This document shows positions 30,123 through 40,675 of a stretch of DNA of 64,000 nt, piece after piece (position 1 is the stretch's first letter; every line of letters begins with the position of its first letter). The position numbers were made by a program, and so were the translations under genes. Source of the stretch: Desulfatiglandales bacterium (GTDB taxonomy: Bacteria; Desulfobacterota; DSM-4660; Desulfatiglandales; Desulfatiglandaceae). A model generated the notes under the pieces. It worked only from the letters and a program-made list of their open reading frames with translations, was not told where the DNA came from and made no database searches. The stretch covers positions 1,408,001 through 1,472,000 of the forward strand of contig OY759599.1 in assembly GCA_963662465.1 (NCBI GenBank), read 5' to 3'.

Positions 30123-30565
30123 TGCAACAGGGAAAAATTTTCACCATCGGTTTTACAAAGAAATCAGCGGAACAGTTTTTCACCCGCCTGTTAAATGCGG
30201 GTGTGAAACGGCTTATCGATGTCAGGCTCAACAATGTTTCTCAGTTGGCCGGTTTTGCCAAACGGGATGACCTTGCTTATTTTCTGAAGACCATTTGTGA
30301 TTGCGATTACCGGCACGAACCGCTTCTGGCCCCCACGAAAGAGATCCTGGATGGCTATAAGAAAAAGGAAATTAAATGGGAAGAATATGAAAAGCGGTTT
30401 CTGGAGTTGCTGGAAAGGCGTCAGGCCCATGGGCTGGTCTCCGCTGAGGAATTGAGCGGCGCATGCCTGCTGTGCAGCGAACCCACCCCCGAAAAGTGCC
30501 ACCGGCGCCTTGTGGCAGCGTTTTTCACACGGCATTTTGATGATTTGGAGATATACCATTTGTGA
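30119..30565 (+). CDS. DUF488 family protein (second)
   Basis: IFTIGFTKKSAE.FF, DVRLNN.SQLAGF, LLCSE.....CHRRL. Confidence 0.9.
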   Translation: MMQQGKIFTIGFTKKSAEQFFTRLLNAGVKRLIDVRLNNVSQLAGFAKRDDLAYFLKTICDCDYRHEPLLAPTKEILDGYKKKEIKWEEYEKRFLELLERRQAHGLVSAEELSGACLLCSEPTPEKCHRRLVAAFFTRHFDDLEIYHL

Positions 30566-30571
30566 ACAGTC

Positions 30572-30653
30572 GGGCTTGGTCCTAACTTCGTCCACACTAT
30601 GAATCTTTCATCACCTTGCCGGCTTCCGTTGTCTGCCGGTATTACGGCCTTTC
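30572..30653. repeat. MITE left-end remnant (GGGCTTGGTCCTAACTTCG), duplicated at 39801-39882
   Basis: Same end as the complete MITE at 48498. Confidence 0.7.
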
Positions 30654-30832
30654 TAAAACGCTTGATTCGGTAGAAATGTGCCGGTATTTTTTTTAAAAAG
30701 AGTCGCCGTTGCAAGACGGGGATTGTTCCATGAGGATTTACTGATGAGAGAGGATCTTCTCGGTCTGGATGTGTTGGACAACGTTCATATCCGGAATTGA
30801 TTGCTGGAATTGCGGAATTGCGGAGTGGTTGC

Positions 30833-32134
30833 ATGTATGCATCTTTGTACCAGAAGAAACTGACTACGGCGGAAAAAGCCGTGTCCGCGGTAAAGGAGGG
30901 AAGTCTGCTCATTTACGGGGTGTTTCTTGCGGAACCGCCCGCCGTCCTTGAAGCCTTTGCCAAACGCCTTCGCGAAGGCGATCTCAACAAACTCCGCATT
31001 TTCAGCAGCCTTCCAACGGCCCATGCGCAGAACACGGTCCTGGCCACGGATCTCGTGGACCGCGTTGAAAGGCGGGCTCATTTTGTGGGTGACGTGGACC
31101 GGGGACTGGTTTATGTGGGATTAAACGACTACCTGCCCAGTCATTACCACCAGGTGCCCAGGCTCATTTCGGAATACATGATCGTCGATGTGGCAGCCAC
31201 AACGGTTTCACCCATGGATGCGGCGGGGTATTTCAGTTTCGGGGTGGCCAATGATTTCACATCAACCGCTGCCCGTTGCGCCAAATACCTGATTGTGGAA
31301 ATAAACGAAAACATGCCGCGCGTTTTCGGGGATTCCTTGATTCATATTTCCGAAGTGGATGCGGTGGTTGAAAACCACCTGCCCCTTCTGAATATCCCCG
31401 AGGCGCCCGCAAAACCGGAAGATGAAATTATCGGAAAAGCCATTTCGGAAATGATCCCCGACGGCGCCACCATTCAGCTGGGATGGGGATGTCTTCCCAA
31501 CGCCGTGGCGGCCTTTCTGGAAAACCACAGGGACCTGGGTATTCATACCGAGGTTTTTTGTCCTGGAATATCCGATCTGATCAAAAAGGGCGTTGTCACG
31601 GGGAAAAAAAAGACACTGCACCCTCGAAAGAACATTTTTACAGTGGCCATTGGCGACCGGGATATGCTGCGGTTTCTGGACAACAATCCCGCTTTTGAGA
31701 GCTATCCCGTTTCCTACACCAACCATCCTTCCGTGATCGCTCAAAATGACAACATGATATCGGTCAATTCCGTCCTTGAAGTGGACCTTTTCGGCCAGGC
31801 CAATGCCGAGTTCATGGCAGGGCGCCAGTTCAGCGGAATCGGTGGCCAGCTGGATTTCGTGAGAGGTGCGTTTGACGCTAAAGGCGGCGAATCGATCCTC
31901 GCCTTTCATGCCACAGCAAAAGGCGGAGAGATTTCCCGAATCGTGCCGCGCTTGAAGGAAGGCGTCATGGTCACGACCCCCAGAAACGATACCCATTTTC
32001 TTGCGACTGAGTACGGGGTTGTGGATCTCAAAGGAAAATCCACACGAGAACGGGCCCTCGCGATTATCGATCTGGTCCATCCCGGCTTTCGCGAACAATT
32101 GCTTCGAGCAGCTGAGGACATGTACATCATATAA
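30833..32134 (+). CDS. Acetyl-CoA hydrolase / 4-hydroxybutyrate CoA-transferase family
   Basis: IPDGATIQLG.G, DLGIHTE, SGIGGQLDFVRGA, TEYGVVDLKGKS. Confidence 0.93.
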   Translation: MYASLYQKKLTTAEKAVSAVKEGSLLIYGVFLAEPPAVLEAFAKRLREGDLNKLRIFSSLPTAHAQNTVLATDLVDRVERRAHFVGDVDRGLVYVGLNDYLPSHYHQVPRLISEYMIVDVAATTVSPMDAAGYFSFGVANDFTSTAARCAKYLIVEINENMPRVFGDSLIHISEVDAVVENHLPLLNIPEAPAKPEDEIIGKAISEMIPDGATIQLGWGCLPNAVAAFLENHRDLGIHTEVFCPGISDLIKKGVVTGKKKTLHPRKNIFTVAIGDRDMLRFLDNNPAFESYPVSYTNHPSVIAQNDNMISVNSVLEVDLFGQANAEFMAGRQFSGIGGQLDFVRGAFDAKGGESILAFHATAKGGEISRIVPRLKEGVMVTTPRNDTHFLATEYGVVDLKGKSTRERALAIIDLVHPGFREQLLRAAEDMYII

Positions 32135-32548
32135 TGGGATAATTGGAAAGAATAAGAGAAATAATACCTATTTGATTCCAATACCCTTTATCATCGCGTA
32201 TTTTTTTCAGTTGGCGCAAATAGGAAGTATGTCGCTTATGCAAACCGCCGACAAAATAATCGCTATCATCGATCACCATCCGATCCACGCGCGGCTCCAA
32301 ATTGAGAAAATGAGAATCGGTAGCGCGGCATACCTGGTCCACACACGCCACGGATTGCCGCCTCCGCCTTCTACTGGATCGTCAGAAACACATCAAGACA
32401 TTCCCCTCTCTCTTCAAACCATGGCCGATTCGTCACAAATATGGGCGGATTCGTCACAAAGTCCCTCCGGCCCCGTTGACGTTCATGCATGACCATGTTT
32501 AATGGTAGATAGATAAATCAGCGAAGCAGTAAAGGGGGGATAAAAATT

Positions 32549-32668
32549 ATGAAAAGAATGGTGGTAATTCTTCTGGTGGGTCTTTTGGGTTTCTTGGGAT
32601 GTAGCGGCAGTGATGAGGGTACGGCCATCTCCACCGGCCAAGCTATCCCGGTGGCGCCGTTTGGTAAC
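32549..32668 (+). pseudogene. 5' fragment of the DUF1566 lipoprotein (intact at 40676)
   Basis: MKRMVVILLVGLLGFLGCSGSDEG matches 40676 onward; upstream repeats also duplicated (32427-32460). Confidence 0.8.
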
Positions 32669-32863
32669 GAGGTAGTGCTGGGATAGCCTAACTTACTGTT
32701 ATTATTATTCTTGAAATTATTTGAATGACATACTATATCTGTCCTATCGTCACTGACTTCCTATATCACTATACCAGAGGAGTGGGTTGGGCTCAAATGT
32801 CTTGACGAGTCTTACGTGCGATATTACGATAGGAGGAAAGTCCGAAAGTAAGGAGGTAAGGAT

Positions 32864-33091
32864 ATGCTTGCAAAGCTCACAACCAAAAATCAGATCACCA
32901 TTCCAAAAGATATTATTTCCAGACTTCCGAATGTGCGGTATTTCGATGTGGCCTATGACGACGGCGTGGTTTTTCTGAAACCTGTAAAGGTGTATGATGC
33001 CGATCTTGAACAAATAAGGACGAAGATGAACAAATTGGGCCTTTCCGAAGATTGTGTCAGCGAAGCCGTGCGTTGGGCGCGTTCCAGATGA
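32864..33091 (+). CDS. AbrB/MazE-like antitoxin
   Basis: MLAKLTTKNQITIPK; AGGAGG RBS. Confidence 0.85.
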   Translation: MLAKLTTKNQITIPKDIISRLPNVRYFDVAYDDGVVFLKPVKVYDADLEQIRTKMNKLGLSEDCVSEAVRWARSR

Positions 33092-33507
33092 AAAAGATTG
33101 TTGTCGATACCAATGTACTCGTGAGCGGCCTCCTGTTTGGAGGGAAACCCGGCGACCTGCGCTTCCTCTGGAGGAAGGGCTTGGTTGTTCCGATTTGTTC
33201 TGAGGAAATTATCAAAGAATATCTACGTGTTCTGGCCTATCCGAAATTTCAACTCTCAGAATCGGAGATCCAGTTCATTCTGAGTCATGAGATATTGCCA
33301 CATTTCAAGGTCGTAACGGTGAAATCCAGCAAGCCATTCGTGGCATTGGATCCATCCGATGACAAATTTATCTGGTGTGCCCTTGATGGCAATGCAGCAG
33401 CCATTGTATCCGGAGACGAGCACCTTCTGAAATTCTCATCAAGCCCTGTACCCATCGTCACAGTTGCAATGTTTATGAGGGCGCGTCCCAGGGAAAGCAC
33501 CGATTGA
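33088..33507 (+). CDS. PIN-domain toxin (PIN_3-like)
   Basis: VVDTNVLVSGL, DPSDDKFI.CA, IVSGD.HLL. Confidence 0.9.
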   Translation: MKKIVVDTNVLVSGLLFGGKPGDLRFLWRKGLVVPICSEEIIKEYLRVLAYPKFQLSESEIQFILSHEILPHFKVVTVKSSKPFVALDPSDDKFIWCALDGNAAAIVSGDEHLLKFSSSPVPIVTVAMFMRARPRESTD

Positions 33508-33597
33508 AGGTCCGGGCTGCATGATGTCCCACCCCGTTGTCCGAGAGGAGGGGGTTTCCCATACCCACGATAACGAGGCCTTCCCAGATCTCAGTCA
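33508..33597 (-). pseudogene. N-terminal fragment of hydrogenase maturation protease
   Basis: Minus strand reads LVIVGMGNPLLSDNGVGHHAART; similar to 57866-57900. Confidence 0.65.
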
Positions 33598-33787
33598 CGG
33601 GTAAGGGTCCGGAGGATCTCCCCGGAGGGATCTCTCAGATTTACCACAAAGAGGATGCCCCCCGGAAGGGAATGGGTGGCGCAGGCCAGGCAGGGGTAGG
33701 GCGTCTAAAAACGCCATTTTTGAGCCAAATTCTTTGCCCGGTTTTTGGACCCAGAGAATATCACTCTCGCAACATAATGAACCCAAC

Positions 33788-34525
33788 CCTCGGATCATAG
33801 GCGATAATCAGCTGTGCCTTTCCATCCTGCGTGATGAGGGCGCGCTGAACCTGGGAACCGGACGATAAACTGGGCGCCTCGCAGAGGTCAAGCGGATGGT
33901 TGGCTGAAATGATCATCTGGGCAATCTGCTCCGGATTCGGGAGGAATTCCGCATCTCCGTCAAAATAGGCGGCCATTTGATCGGAAAGCTCCCCCATCAA
34001 TTCCCGATAGGGAAATTGGTTTGAATTCGGAAGGTTTATGTCAAATGTTCCATTGATGCAGCTTTGCAGAAAGAGGGCGTAATCTTGAAGGTTTACGGTT
34101 TGACCCAGGGAACAAAGCCGGATGGCTGCTTCGGTGTCCGGAGAGATAACGGCATCTTGTTCCGCGTAGTCATCCCCGTGGGCGAATCCCGTGATCAGGG
34201 CTCGCAGAGAGCGGTCGTTACGCGTGACCTGAGCGATGAGATACTCTGTTTCGGGCAGGGGTGTGTGCAATGAAAGGCGATAACTGCCGTCCGCCGAAAG
34301 TGGTATGGTGTCTTTTGTCAGTTCTTTTCCTGTACTGTCCAGGAGTCAAACCATTGCTCCGGACGGATCTACACCCACGACCGTTCCTGACACGGAGCCG
34401 TTGCCTCAGTTGTCGGCTGTGTTGCTTGAGGTGCTGTTATTGCAACCGGCGTCCACTGATAAACAGAAAAAAAGCGCCAGGAAGAAAAACGTAACACGAT
34501 ACTTTTTTTCAAACCCTTTGTTCAT
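33788..34525 (-). pseudogene. 5' part of the alpha/beta-hydrolase lipoprotein (intact at 58290-61175) with premature TGA
   Basis: Near-identical to 60438-61175; TCA>TGA change near 34347. Confidence 0.9.
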
Positions 34526-34601
34526 TTTGGATCTCCGTGTTTCCATTATAATTGAGGTGATTTTTGGCGATTTTGAACGAGGGAACGCCGCCGCCCCGGC
34601 C

Positions 34602-34988
34602 CTAAAGGGTCAGCACCGATTCCGAATATTGGGAAAGGGATGCATCTACCGTGACAAGCAACATCCCTTCCGAACGCGCCTGGGCCAGCAGCAACCGATC
34701 AAAAGGGTCTTTGTGAAGCAGGGGAAGCGTCTCGACGGTAAAGACATGTTCCGCGGCCACAGACAATTCCCTGTATCCATGGATGATCAACATTTTTCGC
34801 AAGCGCCGCGGGTCTACCTTGAAATTCTCCCACCCCAGCCCCCGCTTGATCACAATTTCCCATATACTGGCAACACTGAAATACAAAGTGTTTTCGGGTG
34901 TCGTCAAGAGAGTGCGGGCCGAGTCGGAAAGTTTTTCGGGCTGCCCCGCGGCCCATAGAAGGACGTGCGTATCCAGTAGCAGTTTCAC
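34602..34988 (-). CDS. vapC: VapC-family PIN toxin
   Basis: MKLLLDTHVLLW, SVASIWE, HKDPFDRLLLAQA. Confidence 0.92.
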   Translation of the reverse strand: MKLLLDTHVLLWAAGQPEKLSDSARTLLTTPENTLYFSVASIWEIVIKRGLGWENFKVDPRRLRKMLIIHGYRELSVAAEHVFTVETLPLLHKDPFDRLLLAQARSEGMLLVTVDASLSQYSESVLTL

Positions 34989-35233
34989 GTGGATTTTCCT
35001 TCAAAAAGTCTGATAATTTCTTTTGCCCCAAAGGAATCGAAATCGTCCGGAACCTCAATTTCTCCCGACATGAAACCCAGTTTTTCGGTCCCTTCCAGAT
35101 CTCCGTCCGAAAGGGGCAAAACCTTGACCATGGGCTTTCCCGCCTTGGCAATGATGAACACATTTCCCTGCGCGGCCTCATCGACCAGACGGGAAAGGTG
35201 CGTCTTGGCTTCATGAATATTGATGGTTTGCAT
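34985..35233 (-). CDS. Phd/YefM antitoxin
   Basis: MQTINIHEAKTHLSRLV...IIAKAGKP...PDDFD. Confidence 0.92.
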   Translation of the reverse strand: MQTINIHEAKTHLSRLVDEAAQGNVFIIAKAGKPMVKVLPLSDGDLEGTEKLGFMSGEIEVPDDFDSFGAKEIIRLFEGKST

Positions 35234-35323
35234 GGCGCACCTCAATGGGAGTTGGTTCAGTAAGGTTAGTTTACTGTCTGCAGCCAGGGATCGTCAAGAT
35301 AATTTTTCGGCGGATCCTTATTT

Positions 35324-35479
35324 GACATGGCTTTGAGGTTGTCGAGAGCTTTCGATACGACCCCTGAGCTTTGGCTCAACCTTCAGAGAAATTATGATTT
35401 GTGGCATGCTGCCCACGATTCAAAAGTATGGGAAACCATCAAGCCCCTTTTTCGAGCAAGCATGCCGAATCATGCATAG
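35324..35479 (+). pseudogene. C-terminal fragment of HigA (VapI-type) antitoxin
   Basis: DMALRLSRAFDTTPELWLNLQRNYDLW. Confidence 0.75.
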
Positions 35480-35483
35480 ATAA

Positions 35484-35592
35484 ATGAAGAATTTCAAAAA
35501 CAAGGACTGGGAATACGCCTACCGAACCTCCACCACGGGCCCCAAGGAAAAAGCCGCCGATATCCTGCACGATTTTTACATCCCCGCCCTCA
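35484..35592 (+). pseudogene. N-terminal fragment of a helicase/restriction-type protein
   Basis: MKNF...YRTS...DILHDFYIPAL, frameshifted and truncated. Confidence 0.4.
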
Positions 35593-35949
35593 GCTTAACA
35601 CGTAGGCAGGATTTAGAGTTTTAGCGATCGTACTGTGTACTATTTTCAGTATATCATCATTTATAGAACCCAACCGCTTAACAAAGCGCTGGTTTGCAAG
35701 ATTCTTAACCTGAAAACAGTCTATCGCGGAAACTTTAGACAATCCATTTCCTACGCTATCCTCAACCCTTACCATCCAAGGATAGTGTGCATAGTTGGGT
35801 TTCCAATCAGTAACGGGAACAATAATCTTGAGTGGAAGTCTTCCTATCTCATCGTGACTTACTACAATTGCAGGTCTCTCTTTTGATATTTCAGAAGCAA
35901 CTTTTGGGAAAAACTTCACAACCCAGATTTCACTTTGCTTAATATTCAT
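35590..35949 (-). CDS. mazF: PemK/MazF toxin
   Basis: EIWVV.F.P....EI.KERPAIVVS...IIVPVT. Confidence 0.88.
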   Translation of the reverse strand: MNIKQSEIWVVKFFPKVASEISKERPAIVVSHDEIGRLPLKIIVPVTDWKPNYAHYPWMVRVEDSVGNGLSKVSAIDCFQVKNLANQRFVKRLGSINDDILKIVHSTIAKTLNPAYVLS

Positions 35950-36196
35950 ACAAATCTCCACTCTCACTACCCATCTCTTTTGCCGGCGCCAGATACTCTT
36001 TATCCTCTAATGCCATGGAGATCCCCCGGCGCCACTTCTCTATCTCTTTTTGTTTCAAATAGTTGGCTATGGCTTCATTATAGATTGCAGAAAGGGAGAT
36101 CTGTAAATCCTCTTTGAGCGCTATGACCTGCTCTTTTAACTCAGTGGGCATATTGAAGGTTACTTTTTCCATTGAACTATTTTGCGACAATACCAT
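35939..36196 (-). CDS. Putative RHH antitoxin of MazF
   Basis: KVTFNMPTELK...SLSAIYNEAI; overlaps toxin start; AAGGAG RBS. Confidence 0.75.
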   Translation of the reverse strand: MVLSQNSSMEKVTFNMPTELKEQVIALKEDLQISLSAIYNEAIANYLKQKEIEKWRRGISMALEDKEYLAPAKEMGSESGDLYEY

Positions 36197-36449
36197 ATCT
36201 TTCTCCTTATATATTTACCTTATTTTACTATGGTCAAAGGGTATTGTCAATAGCCCATTCTTGCTTGAATCCGACACAAAATAAGTGGAGGTCCGTAGGG
36301 GTTTTTGATTGACTTGTCTTTATCAGCTGACAGAACCCAAATCATGGAAGAGGCCAATCAAAGACTTGACGCCTCCACCCGGGGGCATTATAGGATGTCC
36401 CCCATATTTTAAGATTGCCAACATAAGTCATAAGTCATAATATAACGAC

Positions 36450-36691
36450 ATGCGAATAACACTATCCATCCCGATGTTGTGGCACGCCGATTCCAGGCGG
36501 CTATCCCTGCTCGCCAACGGTCGCGTCTCGTCACCCGTTTACTTGAACACGAATTGTCTAAACGCGATGACACCCTTGCTGCCGCCTGCCGTGCCGCCAA
36601 TCGCGACAAGGCGCTGCAACGTGAGATTGACGAATGGCATTCGACGACGGTGAACGGAACAGGCCAACCAGAATTCTTCGACGAGGAATGA
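36450..36691 (+). pseudogene. Putative antitoxin, frameshifted near start
   Basis: MRITLSIP then shifted VARRFQAAIPARQRSRLV; overlaps the downstream MazF start. Confidence 0.6.
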
Positions 36692-36915
36692 CAGAGCCTC
36701 ATATCAAACGCGGTGATATCTGGTGGGTCAGTCTTGATCTGACGCAAGGTTCTGAAATCAAGAAAACGCAACCATGTGTGGTGTTTACGCACGACACATT
36801 CAACCGGCTCCGACGTACAGTAGTTGTAGTGCCCTTGTCGACAGCTGCCCAACCTCATCCCCCCATCAGCGTTCCCATAACGTGCCAAGGCAATTATTCA
36901 GTAGTCATCATCGAT
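36688..36915 (+). pseudogene. PemK/MazF toxin, 3'-truncated
   Basis: IKRGDIWWVSLD...GSEIKKTQPCVV...VVVVPLST; unrelated after VIID. Confidence 0.8.
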
Positions 36916-37183
36916 CTTCTGCTTGGGATCGTATCCGGCATGGTCTCCTACGCCCTTTGTTTCCGGGTTCTACCTGGGAATACAGTTCCGGGAAGATCCT
37001 GCTTCCCGTGGCTTAACGGGTAGGCGGGGATACCATCCGGATAGTCATGAACCGTTGGCGAGATAAAGGGCGACTGGAGATGTTTGGAAAAGGCAGAGAT
37101 GCTAAATGGGTGTGAAAATATTGAAAGTAGGAACATCACATTAATATGGGAATAAATGTGGGGGGTAACTTTGGGGGAAGATG

Positions 37184-37538
37184 AAGGTGGCAGTCGGTCG
37201 GATTTTCTGATTCGAGAAGGCGCCCCGGTGCGGTTGTTGGACGGCGCCTTGGTGGAACTGATCTCGTGGCTTGAATTTGAAGGGTTTGAGGACAGGCTCA
37301 TGGTTTCGGGATATGTGGTGACCACGGCTTTAGACCGAAAAGGAACAGGAGATGTAATGATTTTCAGGAAAACGCCGGTGGTGGAAGCACCGTTTGTTTT
37401 TGATGAACGGCCCGATGTTGCGGTTGCGCCGGAAGCGGAAGAATTGAACGCGCCCGTTTCCGATGATGATATGCCCTTTTAGAGGATCGAGATCCATGAC
37501 TGCGCTTCTGATCTTTTTGTTGCCACCCTGTTTCACCA
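37184..37538 (+). pseudogene. Third copy (3' part) of DDDIPF-tail gene and flank
   Basis: Matches 21107-21461; ends DDDMPF. Confidence 0.9.
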
Positions 37539-37596
37539 AAAGACTGTGGTGGGAAGAAATGAATTTTTCATTGATTCTCATGAATCGGAGTAATAT

Positions 37597-37884
37597 ATGC
37601 ATGTAATCAGTCGGAAAGCCTTGCAAGAATTTTGGGGAAAACATCCTGACAGCAAGACTTCCCTTTCCCGCTGGTTCAAAGCTATGAAAAACAGCGAGTT
37701 TTCAAATTTTAATGATCTGCGGTCGGCATTTCCGAGTGCCGACAAAGTTGACGATCTGATTGTGTTCGACATCGGCGGGAACAAATACCGCCTGATCGCA
37801 TCAGTGCATTTTAACAGGGGCAAGGCATATGTTCGCCATGTCCTCACCCATTCGGAATATGACAGGGAAAAATGGAAAAAATGA
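37597..37884 (+). CDS. higB: HigB toxin
   Basis: MHVISRKAL.EFW.KHP...VFDIGGNKYRLI...THSEYD. Confidence 0.92.
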   Translation: MHVISRKALQEFWGKHPDSKTSLSRWFKAMKNSEFSNFNDLRSAFPSADKVDDLIVFDIGGNKYRLIASVHFNRGKAYVRHVLTHSEYDREKWKK

Positions 37885-38279
37885 ACATTGCTACGGAAAG
37901 CATCCGGGAACACTGGATTCCGATCAGTCATCTTTTTTCCGTCACCAGTGAGGAGGAATATGACAGGGCGGTCGGACTTCTGAACAGTCTTATTGACGAA
38001 ATCGGCACCGATGAGCGGAACCCTCTGTATAAGTTTCTTGACACACTGGGAACGGTGATTAATGCATATGAGGAAAAAAATTATCCGGTGCCTAACTGCG
38101 ACGGTATCGGAATGCTCTGTTTTTTTATGGACGAACACGGGCTTACACCATCCGATCTGCCGGAAATAGGTTCTGAAAAAACGGTTTCGGAAATAATCAG
38201 CGGTAAAAGAGAACTTTCTGTCAGGCATATCCGTGTCCTCGCTGAACGTTTTCATATATCACCTGCTGTATTCGTATAA
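37881..38279 (+). CDS. higA: HigA antitoxin (HTH)
   Basis: EEEYD.A...YEE..YP...MDEHGL..SDLPEIGS...VSEII.GKREL. Confidence 0.9.
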   Translation: MNIATESIREHWIPISHLFSVTSEEEYDRAVGLLNSLIDEIGTDERNPLYKFLDTLGTVINAYEEKNYPVPNCDGIGMLCFFMDEHGLTPSDLPEIGSEKTVSEIISGKRELSVRHIRVLAERFHISPAVFV

Positions 38280-38344
38280 GTTCAGTCTGCCGTATCAGTT
38301 GATAAAGATATAACATATGATGAAATTGAGTGATATGGGTTTCG

Positions 38345-38874
38345 ACCAATGGTTTCCAATTGCATGTCAGTGACTTGTGTCAAGAGGACCGGGATATTGC
38401 GCGTATATCGGCAGTTGACCGCGGCGCATACCGCATCAGAAATCAAACCAGGGAAGTTCCGGCTGAACTCGCCGGGAAGTTCTATTTCCAGGTAGACGCT
38501 TCGATTGACCTGCCGTGTGTCGGCGATTGGGTGACAGTGCAATATCACAACAACGACGCCGCGGCAATTATTCATGAGGTGTTTCCGAGAAAGACGTTTT
38601 TACACCGCAAATCCGCCGGTGAAAAGGTGGATTTGCAAATGATTGCGGCCAACATTGACGTCGCTTTCATTGTCCAGTCGTGCCACTTTGACTTCAACGT
38701 GCGGAGAATGGATCGGAGTCCTTCCCCTCAGCGCGGAAACGGCGCGGGAAAAAGCAACTTTATTGATTTTTTTCGTATGTTGCGAGCCATGATGGAGTTG
38801 CCCTTGCCGGGTCTTTCCAGTGCATGTTTGAAGACTTATATCGCAGATGGTGGTGGCAGTGATGATTTTCTTTT
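38345..38874 (+). pseudogene. Chimera: RsgA GTPase fragment fused to AAA ATPase fragment
   Basis: P.VGDWV...RK.AG....QMIAANID..FIV....DFN.RR then GNGAGKSNF; boundaries approximate. Confidence 0.75.
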
Positions 38875-39109
38875 GGCTCATTGCGGATTAACGTGAAAAT
38901 CGCTACTGACTTCGCTTTCGCACTCGTTCCCATGCTCTGAGTGGGAACGGTTTTTGGACGCTCTGCGTCCTGGTTTGGAGCCCCAAGAAATGGGCATGTA
39001 GCGGTTCAAAAGACGAATTGTCGGACGCGGGAGCGTCCAAGGTAGGTTCCCACGCAGAGCATGGGAACCAGCCCGAAAATTCTCTTCTTCACGTTAATCC
39101 GAGAAGACC
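38875..39109. mobile_element. MITE with GGCTCAT..GGATTAACGTGAA ends enclosing a GTTCCCA-type REP doublet
   Basis: Left GGCTCATTGCGGATTAACGTGAA, right TTCACGTTAATCCGAGAAGACC; inverted REPs at 38923-38949 and 39045-39070. Confidence 0.8.
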
Positions 39110-39202
39110 CGGTTTTACAAAGAAATCAGCGGAACAGTTTTTCACCCGCCTGTTAAATGCGGGTGTGAAACGGCTTATCGATGTCAGGCTCAACAATGTT
39201 TC
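39110..39202 (+). pseudogene. Internal copy of the second DUF488 gene
   Basis: Matches 30148-30240. Confidence 0.9.
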
Positions 39203-39740
39203 TCCTTCTCATCCACATGAAACACCCCATACCCCTGATTTCCGAAGCAGTAAATCACATGCAAACTGACGTCGGCTTCCGGGTATTCTTGTTTCAGACC
39301 TTCAGCCATCCGGGTCCACAAAACGGTACCGGTGATGAACACATTGTGAATGGCCCCGGTCTTGCGGCCTTCCTTGAGCAGCTTGAAAAAGGTTTTCAGG
39401 AAGCCCTCATCGGCCATGAGCTGTTTGTACAGATGATCTTTTCGCCCGGTGATGAGCTGGTTGGCGAAGTTGTCGTATTCGTCGATGATGATGTAGATCG
39501 ACGGGAGATTTTTTTCTTGAATGAACTTCAGGATATTGCCGAGGTTGGATGCGCCGCTTTCTTTGGGTTCCGGGGCAACCTGGCCATTGAACCATTTTTT
39601 GTGTCGGCCCAGCAAGGTTCTGAGTGTTCGATTGACGGTATTGTCGAAACTTTTCTCCATGACCGCCATTTCCCCGGTTTCCACAACGGAAAAATCGAGA
39701 TGCAGCACGAAAAATGAATTGTGCGGCGGCGTGGGGTTTT
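39203..39740 (-). pseudogene. Fragment of AAA-ATPase-like/PD-(D/E)XK protein with internal deletion
   Basis: LHLDFS, IYIIIDEYDNFAN, FFK.LK, VFITG then jump to a C-terminal segment. Confidence 0.7.
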
Positions 39741-39931
39741 GGCCGATCCAGGTGTGACCGAAGAGTTCTTTAAATTCATCCTTGAACAGAACGCTGTAAT
39801 GGGCTTGGTCCTAACTTCGTCCACACTATGAATCTTTCATCACCTTGCCGGCTTCCGTTGTCTGCCGGTATTACGGCCTTCTGATCCTCTCCACCGTGGA
39901 TACCAACCCCGATCTCACGCGGCAGGGATTT

Positions 39932-40260
39932 CCGAGTTCATGGCAGGGCGCCAGTTCAGCGGAACCGGTGGTCAGCTGGATTTCGTGAGAGGTGCGTTTG
40001 ACGCTAAAGGCGGCAAATCTATCCTCGCCTTTCATGCCACAGCAAAAGGCGGAAAGATTTTCCGAATCGTGCCGCGCTTGAAGGAGGGCGTCATGGTCAC
40101 GACCCCTAGAAACGATACCCATTTTCTTGCGACTGAGTACGGGGTTGTGGATCTCAAAGGAAAATCCACACGAGAACGGGCCCTCGCGATTATCGATCTG
40201 GCCCATCCCGGCTTTCGCGAACAATTGCTTCGAGCAGCTGAGGACATGTACATCATATAA
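39932..40260 (+). pseudogene. 3' fragment of acetyl-CoA hydrolase/transferase
   Basis: Matches 31806-32134; duplication extends to about 40795. Confidence 0.9.
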
Positions 40261-40552
40261 TGGAATAATTGGAAAGAATAATAGAAATAATGCCTATTTG
40301 ATTCCAATGCCCTTTATCATCGCGTTTTTTTTTCAGTTAGCGCAAATAGGAAGCATGTCGCTTACGCAAACCGCCGACAAAATAATCGCTATCATCGATC
40401 ACCATCCGATCCACGCACGGCTCCAAATTGAGAAAATGAGAATCGGTAGCGCGGCATACCTGGTCCACACACGCCACGGATTGCCGCCTCCGCCTTCTAC
40501 TGGATCGTCAGAAACACATCAAGACATTCCCCTCTCTCTTCAAACCATGGCC

Positions 40553-40586
40553 GATTCGTCACAAATATGGGCGGATTCGTCACAAA
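40553..40586 (+). promoter_or_regulatory. Direct repeat GATTCGTCACAAA x2 (21-bp period), putative LytTR site
   Basis: Upstream of TTGACG and the DUF1566 lipoprotein; LytTR regulator is adjacent. Confidence 0.6.
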
Positions 40587-40675
40587 GTGCCTCCGGCCCC
40601 GTTGACGTTCATGCAAGGCCATGTTTAATGGTAGATAGATAAATCAGCGAGGCAGTAAGGGGGGGGGTAAAAATT

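Noticed and set aside
32127..32351. 74-aa minus-strand ORF duplicated near 40253-40477
   Set aside because: No recognisable motif; conservation is explained by the block duplication.
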